From Perna viridis (lineage: Eukaryota), in contig CM074517.1 of NCBI GenBank assembly GCA_037379345.1, positions 19,530,001 through 19,594,000 on the forward strand: a stretch of DNA of 64,000 nucleotides. The letters run 5' to 3'. The notes beneath the pieces are model-generated. The model ran no database searches and was not told the origin of the DNA. It worked only from the letters and a program-made list of their open reading frames with translations. The number at the start of each line of letters is the position of its first letter. Positions within the stretch are counted from its first letter, which is position 1. Of the stretch, positions 54,221-64,000 are shown piece by piece. The position numbers and the translations under genes were made by a program.

Positions 54221-55671
54221 TTCATGTTAAGTCATTGCTTTGTTTCTCTGTTGTTTGTCATAAATGATGTACCAGATCAACCAGGAACAAAATTAGTGAA
54301 AATCAATGGTTATGTTCAATGAAACACTACAAGTCTTCATTTTTATTTTTTCACCAGAATTACTTTTGATTTTGGTCAAGGTTTCAATGGTTTTATGTAT
54401 CAAATCTGTCAGCATTGCTCTTTATTAGTTAAGGTCAAAGTTTCAGTTTTTTTGTGACAAATATATAACAGAAAATACCAATGGTCTACGTTGGTCTTAC
54501 AATGATTACCCTGTTTCTAAACTGTAACGTATTGTTATTTAGTAAAGGAATATATATTATCCTTCCTAATTTTTTTCTCAACTTGAGATGCTAAAAAAAA
54601 TTTGGATTTTCAACATGCAAGCTTTAGCAAGCATGTAAAAATCTCAATTTTACCATAGAGAGTGGAGAAATAATTTAAATCAAGAATATAGGCTGAAGCA
54701 GTGAAGGGGAATCAGTTTTGAAATCTGTAGAAACCTTGGAAAATGTAAAATTCTCACAGAAATTAAACCACTACCTAGTGGTTAAAAAGCCATGTGTATT
54801 TTTAATCACTGGATCAGAATTGGAGACAATTTTTTTACCAATTTATCAAGAAAATTAGCTTCTAGACTAAAATAACTTTCATGGACTGAAAATAATCTAC
54901 ATGATTCAGTTACATTTCATTCCCTGGCCTTGATTTAACCCCAATCCAAAATAATTTCTCACAGTAGTATATTAGTTTCTACTTTCTGTCAGTATTGTAT
55001 AATAAATGACCAGACTTGCCTGTAGTTAATTTCAATATCCCTTTAGAATATTATTCTCTGACAACTAACAAAATTTGTCATCATAGGTATCTGTAAAAGT
55101 TAAGATTTCCTCAAAGGGATATTAGACAATTTCAGGAGAAATGACTAGAGATAATGTGAACCTTGGACAATAACTTATAAATGTAAAGGTTGACACAGCA
55201 AGTGTTTTGACTTTGTCTAAATTAGTAACAGAGGATTTACTTAGAAAACATCATTACAAGAGAAAAACAACTTATTTTTCAGTGCAATTTCTCAAAAAAA
55301 TATGTCCACTTTAGACTTGATTATTTAATTCATGCTTTCAAAAACAAGTCAAGTAATTGTTTTTGGGTATTAAATACCTTCAGGCAAAACATAATACCAT
55401 GACTTTTTTCTAAAAATATCATATGAATGATTAGAATCATGCTGGCTAGTATCTACAGGTATATATCTTTTAATATTAGTCAAAAGTATTCCATTTTTTC
55501 CAATGTTTCTCTTAGAGAAAGGCCTCTAATAGGAAACTCATTTCTTATTTATGGTTTCAAAATTGCAATGTTTTCATACATTTTCTAGGTTTTCATTGCA
55601 CATATTTTCTGCAAAATACTGTAATCATAAGTGCTGCAAACCTTACACACAGAAAACACAAATTAAGCAGC

Positions 55672-56074
55672 ACTCCAGATAAGAATCATGCAAAATGTGA
55701 TTCATGGTTGGAAAGCCTACATATTTTTTTATTTTTGTTATTTTGTTTTAAATGTCATTGTAAACAGGAAGTAACATGTGATTTTTCATATAACCCATAT
55801 TCACAGGAAATAAAAATTATATAGAATGTGCTGTAGAATTCAAAATTTAGGGAGATAATTCTGTAAATGAAACTAAAATACAATACTGGGTAGAAACTAT
55901 TGGATTTTCCACGTGGATTATCTCCTAAGAGCACACAGATTGGAATGAATAATTATACATTTTATCATATAGACCTATAAATCAACTTAACGATAAAAAT
56001 TAAAAATATGTAGCCTTTTTTAGGCCTATCACATTTTACAGAATTTGCATGATACTTAAAAAGACTGCTACTTA
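55672..56074 (+). repeat. About 400-bp dispersed direct repeat, copy 2
   Basis: Collinear with 51065-51459. Confidence 0.85.
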
Positions 56075-56849
56075 GAACCCTAAAATTAAAACGACTGATA
56101 TAACCGAAAAGTACACACACATAAATATATATATACCTGCTGTTTCTACAGTCAGATATTCAGATTAATGACATCAAATGTTATCCCAGAAAAAAACCAA
56201 AGTGTGCTACTGCAGTCTTAACTAGGAGATAGCTGCAGCGATTCCACATTAGTTAACAGGTGAAAAATGTGAGAAAAGTACCAATTTAATTTCCAAGTAA
56301 CAGATAATTGAACAAAAGATTGTAACAAGACATGTAATCAATCAATTACATTATACCTGGTACAGAGAAAGATAATTATATTTCAATTGGATCATAAATA
56401 CTCATTTGTTAAAATGTAAAAATATCCCTGTGGACCTATGGTTGATTTCTAGGTCTTGCAATCTATAAATAACAGCCATTGAAAATGTATGAACAATTTT
56501 TCATGGATGCTAATGTGAATAAAATTTATATCAAAGATTCAGGTAATTTCCACCTACACAAATCAATCCTTTATGCAGAGATTGGTATATCTTATTCATA
56601 TAGCAACTTAAAACAAATACACTTTGCCAAGTCATCAAAGGAAATGCTTTAAACCAAACCTTACCATGGGCATGACAGACAAACAAATAAATTGACCTTC
56701 CATTTAATAAATATAATAGAACATTTAAGAAAAGAAACTATGTGTAAAAAAACTTTGCTAGTACTGTTGGGCAAGAAAAAACATTAATTTTATAGAACAA
56801 TTGATAAAGAAAAAAAACATAGTCAAATGATCAGAACTTATTTTATTCA

Positions 56850-57066
56850 ACGGGTCATAGTTTTCCTTTCCTCGTTTTTCTACCCCAGACTTGACTTTTT
56901 ATGAGCAAATCGGCGGGTGTTTCTAGAAAAGCAGAGGACGCTTACCCTACCGGTGCACCTGGTCCATGCTCACAGTTTTTAGTGGAGTCCAAATTGCTCA
57001 TTTGCTTTTGTTACTTTGTATGTATGATTTTAGTTATTTTATGTTCTTTGTTGTGTATGTCTGTTT
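56850..57066 (+). mobile_element. Interspersed SINE-like/retroposon-derived repeat, family E
   Basis: GC-rich core GAGCAAATCGGCGGGTGTTTCTAGAAAAGCAGAGGACGCTTACCCTACCGGTGCACCTGGTCCATGC plus a T-rich tail. Five copies or fragments occur in the window. Class is uncertain. Confidence 0.7.
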
Positions 57067-57956
57067 TCAAGACAAGAACCAAAATTGATTGCTTAAGGAA
57101 ACATAAGTATCAGAAATACTGACAAATCAATCTGCTAATAACACAACAGAAATAGAAAAGAAGAATGTGACTTCCCTCCATTAATCAGGATATAAGCTTG
57201 AAGAATCCATGAATTAATGGTTAGTATCATCTGATGGATGGACAAACTGTGAGTATTTTGTCATTAATTAGTAATAAGACTGGACATCTGATTATGGACA
57301 TCTAGCAAGTGTCCTGGGACTAGAGACAGTGTTAAATGGTCAGTATAAATTGATATAATTGATATGATTCTTGGTTGGGTACTTCTGGTAATCAATTCTG
57401 TAATCTGATCAATTAATGGTTTACATTTATTTTCTTGTAATTTAACAGACATCCAGGAAGTCAAGACTTGCCATTGCACTCAAAGTACTGTGATAATACT
57501 TTTATTGGTACTTGTTTTCTTAGCTATAACCTAAATTTCAGACTACATTAAGACATTGTATTCATCTTAAAAAGTTGAAAAAATGTATTAAATAAAATCC
57601 TTCGACCAAACCAAAAACTTCACAACACTGGAAGTCAATAAACAAAAATCCTTCCCAAACCAACTCAGAAATGAACTGAATACAAACATAGAACAATGTA
57701 CAACTAGTTTTAGTTTTTCATTCGTTTGTTCCACTTTTGAGATACAAAACTGTTACAAATTGTGTATGAAACTGACACTTTGCAAAAGTTGGTGTTCTTG
57801 ATTTGGTTGGTTGAAGTGGGAGATGATTATATGTTTATCTCAAAAACTACAGATCTGTCTATAGAAAGGACTATATCATCATAAAAATATGGTGTATGTA
57901 GATTGAAAAAGCATTGTTTGTTTTTATAGGCTTTTACGTAGCTTGAATCACCTCAA

Positions 57957-58240
57957 AGAGTAATCAAGGGAACCAAGGTTCTAACGGAAATCAAAAGAAT
58001 GTTATCCTGGTACAAAGACCAAACATGGAAAACAGACATACAAACAAAGAACATTAAGTAACTAAAATAATGCATACAAAGTAACAAAAGCAAAAAAGAG
58101 CAACTCGGACTCCACTAAAAACTGGGTGCATGGACCCAGTGCACCGGTAGGGTAAGCATCCTCTGCTTTTCTAGAAACACCCGCTGATTTGCTCATAAAA
58201 AGTCAAGTAGATGAAAGAGGAAAGGATAACTATGACACGA
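57957..58240 (-). mobile_element. Family E repeat, most complete copy, inverted
   Basis: Reverse complement of the 56850-57066 core plus the tail ..CATTCTTTTGATTTCCGTTAGAACCTTGGTTCCCTTGATTACTCT. Confidence 0.7.
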
Positions 58241-61200
58241 TGAACAAATCAGTTTTCATGGCACAAATGTCTAACATTGGCACAGTATGAATTTTATATG
58301 GATTGGTACTTAATTCTACACTGAGACATACCTGTGAAGTTACCATTACAAAATACATGAAACCATAATATCTATTTGTTCCTATAAATCCTCATATTGT
58401 ATTTATTTATGAGTAATTTTGACTTATTAATCTCCAGTTACTGCCAATCATTTACATTTTTAATCTGTTAATTTGCACACATTTCATCATCTGAAACTTA
58501 TTATTTGTTCGAATTACTAATATCAAGCAAAACAAATTTATTTTCAGTTCCAAAGCCTTAATTAAACTGCATGCATTGTTTAATGTTATTGATAACACTT
58601 GAAGTTTGTTTTTCTACATACAGCTGGAGTTGCACATTTTTGGCTTTCACTTGATCTCTTACTAATTGGCCAAAATTTTAAAACAAACAAGTTATTCTCT
58701 ACACTCATATTACACTAATTTCCAAAATACATGTAGTTTTTTTTATTTTTATTTCATTCTGTTTAACTTCACTTTATCCCTGTAAAGTTTGGCAAAATCT
58801 GACAGCTGTTTCAGCAGAAAGTATCAAAATAAAAATATTTATTCAGATATGGCCTACTCATAGATCCTGAAATACAAGTTTTAATTATAGTGTCAAAAAT
58901 TTTAAAATGTTGCACTCAAAACTGAAGTTCACCAGTTTTTAAATTAAACATAACCATACACTTCCAAGATGGTTGGAAGAAAATACAACAAAAATATCAA
59001 TGGGAGGGGAGGGGTGTCACCCTTTTGTTTTTTCCACTAAAAATTGGGTATACATATGCCGATTATGGTGTTCAAACTGAAACCTGTGTATGACAAGTGA
59101 TTTATATATTCCAAAATGATAAAACTACAAAACAGTAAATCTCTTACTGACAAGGGTAAATACCGATCATGACAGGTCTGTGAAAAATGGACCCTGTTCT
59201 GGTACATACTACAATTTCTAATGGCAATAACCCCCTTCCCCAAATGTTCAAAGTTGTAGGTCAAAGGTAAGGATACAGTGAAACATTTTTTTTAAACTCT
59301 ACAAGAGAATGTTTTACATTTCAATGCCACAATGAATCAATAAATACACTACAGTTCACAAGAGTTTTACCCTTTCCACTTCTCTAGGTAGAAAATTTAT
59401 TTCTTACCATACCAGTATATCTAGTGATTGGATCTACAAAACATGCTACATAGATTGATTTATTTGTGGTTCAATCAGTTTAAAAATTTCACTTTGAAAG
59501 AAGTTAAAGTCAAGTATCTATCACTAACAATGTTATGTGGTTGCCAAAGCCTTGAAACCATTAACAAGAAAACACATTACCAGGTATCATGTCATCCCAC
59601 CAGACTTCAAGATGCTAAGACAACCCAATTTCTACAATATTTGTATGAGCCACTGGATCGTAATGACCTATAGACACTTGTTCTGAGGACATAATCTTGT
59701 ACTTATTAACTGAAAAGACAAACATAATTCATCCATCTGTACAATATTTGTAAAAGGAACTTGATAGCAATTATTTCAAGTTCATGTGAGTTCTGAAACT
59801 GTGCCATTTGTTTTGACAAAAATAAGTGGTATACTACCTTATACCCATTAGTCTGATGTGACCTCTGACCCCTTGGTTTTTGGTAAGTTAATTACAACAA
59901 TATGATGAAGAAGTAATTAGTAAGAATTACTGACAGTAAGACATCCAGAGATAGAGCAAAGTCCTGCCAAATCTTAATCTATGTACTATTCCTTCTAAAG
60001 ATTCAGGCAGTGTCGGTTTAATGCTTGAAAGTATGATGACTATGATGAAACCTTTAAAATTTGTTATATCTCTTTCTTCTAGTGCATATATGGGAGGAAG
60101 TTGGGGTTTAATGTTGATATATAACACAATGTTTTTGTCAGTATCAGACAGAAGGTGCAACCTTTAGCAAAATGGTCCCACTATAGCAAAATGATAACTA
60201 CTAGATTCAAATAACACCTATATTTTTTTTTAATTCAAAACATTAATAAAAGAGATTAAATCAAATAAAATCATAACACATCTACACTATCAGAGGAATT
60301 GAGCAGTCATCTAAAAGGACAGACAGACAAACAGACAGACAGACGAACAGACTAGAGTACATTGTATTTCCCTCTTGATGCTGCATGGATAATTGACTTG
60401 TGATTCTATAAATTTACAACATGCCTGACACTTACTCTGTCTTGTCAATTAAATGCTCTACCTAATACTTAACAATAGGTGAAGTATCTGCGTCTAAGAT
60501 GATAAAAAGACACCTGAAGGGGAAGACACTGCCAAATATCTGAGAAACCGACTTTTAGGTTAGTCTCAATTTCTTTCATCCATGAGAAGAAAAGAAGTGG
60601 CTCACGTCAATGATCAAAGCTGATATAATTTGATCAAGAGGCGAAAAACGTGCAAGAATTACAAAAACATTAAAACCTATTCTAGAGTTCAGAAAAAAAT
60701 AGAACTGACAAACACATAAAGCAAAGGTAAATCAGTTCATCTTATCATTTGTGTTATGACCTTTTTCATATCACTAAGTCACATGACCATCAAGACATAC
60801 AGCAGTAAATAAGAATTCACAAATCTATAGATCACATAGTATTGTATGTAATTATACAAATGTACAATCATTAGACTAAATACTGCCAAATACACCTGTT
60901 TTTTGTGGTTTTTTTTGTGCTACAGTTACAGGTAGCCAGACTTCCATGCAATAAGCTCTGCTTAGATCACACATGAAAACTAGTTTCTCAGTGTAAAGAA
61001 ATTAAGGTATAACTAATGTTTTATAACAGGATTTGAAGGAAGAAATTTCTTTAATAAAGCAGTAGCTAATCAACATGTAACCTAGTCACTTCTATTAATT
61101 ATGTCAATAGTCCAATGTTTTGGTAAATATATTAAAAATTCTTAGCAGTATATTTTCCAAGTCTCAAGGTCACAATTTTTCCCCCTCAATTCAATGGTAA

Positions 61201-62690
61201 TGTCTCTATTAGGAATTTAATTTCCGTATTTCTATCCTTTGCTTCCTTTCCAATCCGAAGACTACGGCTCCGTAAGAAGTAGATTCAAATTTAGCTAATT
61301 TAGCCATTAACCAATGATTATATGCTAGTGGATTGGAAAATTTTGTGCCATAAACTGTCAACTTATCTAATCAATTAAACTACGGTAGAGGCATTTTTTA
61401 ATCACATATATCACAGTTTGACATGTATTTGTGAATATATATCAGTCAATAAAAAATTAATTAAAGTTAATTGCAAAGTTTCTTTTTCTATTTTTAAACA
61501 CAATTCATTTCTTAAGTATTTTTTTACTCATTCAATCCCATTCTTGGTTACATTTTTTGCTTCCTTGAACATTACACTATGCATTAAAGATTTTCATGGT
61601 GTATAAAAGTTTTTGATATCATATGAAGTTTTGTTATTGGAATGTGATTCAATAAATATAGAACAAAACAAAGTTGTATTTCATTACAAACACAAAATGC
61701 TCTACTCAACTATAACAAATTTAAATGTTAACACAACTCTTAAAAACAAGAAAAAAACGTGAAAAACCAAATGAGCATTTTTCCACTTATGCGGCAATGT
61801 AAAATAATGGTAATCATTTCCATGCTGTCATTTATCCAAACTTTGTCAATTTAAGTTTTTTTCATAACAAATATGATAACCATATATAGAAAAGGTATTC
61901 AAATCGCTGGACCATAAATTTCTTCGTCAGTAACAAAACAATAATTTCCATGATACATATATAACTGAGATTGAAGCTGTGTCAAATCTCCATACAGCAC
62001 CAATCATGCCGAAACAGATCTTATCTTACTCCTGTCATTCAAGCCAGGTCTCGAACTTCTACTTTAAAAGCAGCATACATTAGGAGATAGCGATGAGTAC
62101 CATAAACGAAAGTGATCTTAATGCCTGTCAAATTGAATCAGAGTTTTGCAATAAAATATCTAGGGTAAAAGCCTAGAATTGTAACAGTACTTTCAATATT
62201 CAAGTTTTAATGTGTTACAAATAAGATCTTCAAATACTTGTAACAATGTCAGTATGACAAATTTTAACCCAGCTCCTGATTTCAGGTTCGAACAATCTGA
62301 ATCTTTTGAAAAACTATCTTAAAAAGTTTAAATAATGGTTTTTGTAAGTGTACAAAAAAAATTTCTACATTATGATTCTTTCTTCATAAAACAGATGACA
62401 TATTGAGTAGAACTGATTAAGACACAGAACCAAAAAACAGTGACACCTGTTGTAACTGAACCCTAAATAAACCAAAAACCTGCCTAAACCAGACACTTTT
62501 TCAAATTTCATTGTGTCAGTTTACCGATAAATGATTTTGAACCACTGGCTAAACCAAACATTGTCTATACTGTCTAAATTCTACAGTACAAATGGTATTA
62601 CACGGTATTTATTATTTATCTCTGCTGACTTACGAACCAATTTGCTTTACCATATTGGCAACCAAGGAATACAATAAACAGTATAAATAA

Positions 62691-63063
62691 CAGAATACGT
62701 CTTCAGGATAGCAGTAGAATGAAACCAGGGGAAACGATTTATCAGAATACGCCTTCAGGATAGCAGTAGAATGAAACCAGGGGAAACGATTTATCAGAAT
62801 ACGCCTTCAGGATAGCAGTAGAACAAAACCAGGGGAAACGATTTATCAGAACACGCCTTCAAGATAGCAGTAGAACGAAACCAAGGGAAACGATATATCA
62901 GAATACGCCTTCAGGATAGCAGTAGAATGAAACCAAGGGAAACGATTTATCAGAATATGCCTTCAGGATAGCAGTAGAACGAAACCAAGAGAAACGATTT
63001 ATCAGAATACGCCTTCAGGATAGCAGTAGAATGAAACCAGGGAAAACAATTTATCAGAATACG
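62691..63063. repeat. 52-bp tandem repeat, about 7 copies
   Basis: Unit CAGAATACGCCTTCAGGATAGCAGTAGAATGAAACCAGGGGAAACGATTTAT starting at 62691, 62743, 62795, 62847, 62899, 62951 and 63003. Confidence 0.95.
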
Positions 63064-64000
63064 ATTTATAGGCATTTCTTCACAGTAGAGTGAAACAAGG
63101 GGACACATTATGGGTACATCCTTCTTTTTGATTAAGACAAGACACATTTCTAAGAATTCTACATGTCACCAGAAGTAAGGCATCATTTCTCAAAACTACG
63201 GCTCAGAAAACAGTGAATATTTCATCAAGATCTACTTCCTTGATGCATACTGTGTCTGTTAATAGGTTTTTTTCACAAATAATTCTAATCAATATATTTT
63301 AGCATATAAAAAAGTTCCACACAGTTCCTAATTTTATTCAGACTACAGACACATATATAATCCTGAGCAAACAAGCAATACTCCTATTAGGAAATAAATC
63401 TGTTTTTTTCTTTTTTTTCAATCTCACACTTTATATACGAAACAGAAAATCTGCTTGAAGAAAATACATTCATATAAAGATAACTTCATTACTTCCAATA
63501 GTCGGGACTATTTCAATAAGTTGTTAAAATTACTGTTTTTAATACTGACTAGACAAATTTTCAATTCAATACTGTTCATACAAATGTGTTTAAAGAAAAA
63601 GGTGCCCAACAAGTGCTATCATACAATACTATACAACGTCTCAGAATGTGACGACTCTATTCGCTACACTGCTCCATCAGATCAAATTGATACAGGGAGC
63701 AAATTATTGGTCGTTCCCTCCATCTGTCCAAACAAAATTCTTAAGTAGAAAAGGGACTTGGTTAAGACTGGTTATACTGTATTTGTCATTATGTAAAGTG
63801 TGTAATATTCCTGACCTAATGATAGCCTAACTACAATTTTCAAGTTCAATTGCTAAATAGTTTTATTGTTTAACAATGTATAATTGAGAAGACATTCATT
63901 CCAACTCTCCACAGAGCAGCCAACATGCAATATGGTCCTTATCTGGCTCTCAATGATCAAGGAAATTTCAACAACATCAGCATAAGTATCAATGATGTAA

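Noticed and set aside
56901-57122. 73-aa ORF MSKSAGVSRKAEDAYPTGAPGPC
   Set aside because: It lies within the family E interspersed repeat.
1-64000. tRNA or rRNA genes, or autonomous transposase/RT ORFs
   Set aside because: No cloverleaf, rRNA-like segment or TE protein motif was recognised by eye. Highly decayed fragments cannot be excluded without a search.

Overview
AT-rich, CpG-poor eukaryotic genomic DNA. The repeat landscape suggests a bivalve mollusc, probably mussel-like (inference). One protein-coding gene is supported: the 5' part of a THSD7A/7B-like gene on the minus strand. I reconstructed five frame-consistent GT-AG coding exons (12393-12285, 7720-7030, 6592-6323, 5368-5262, 3338-3156; about 453 aa; signal peptide plus tandem TSP1 modules). 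The gene continues past the left edge. The first coding exon has its own splice acceptor, so a non-coding exon lies further right, and 12.45-64 kb is probably largely a very long 5'UTR intron. That region has no credible ORFs. It holds MITEs, foldback hairpins, Helentron-like remnants, a SINE-like repeat and at least nine unrelated minisatellites. Best second-look items: (1) an intact 1088-bp TIR element with IS3EU-type TATG..CATA ends and a 6-bp TSD, filled with a higher-order array of a palindromic 21-mer related to its own TIR; (2) a candidate 8-nt frame-shifting microexon; (3) uORFs overlapping the start codon; (4) over-representation of TACATGTA, which matches a Tc1/mariner excision footprint. 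I found no prokaryotic-type system and cannot claim a new biological system from the sequence alone.
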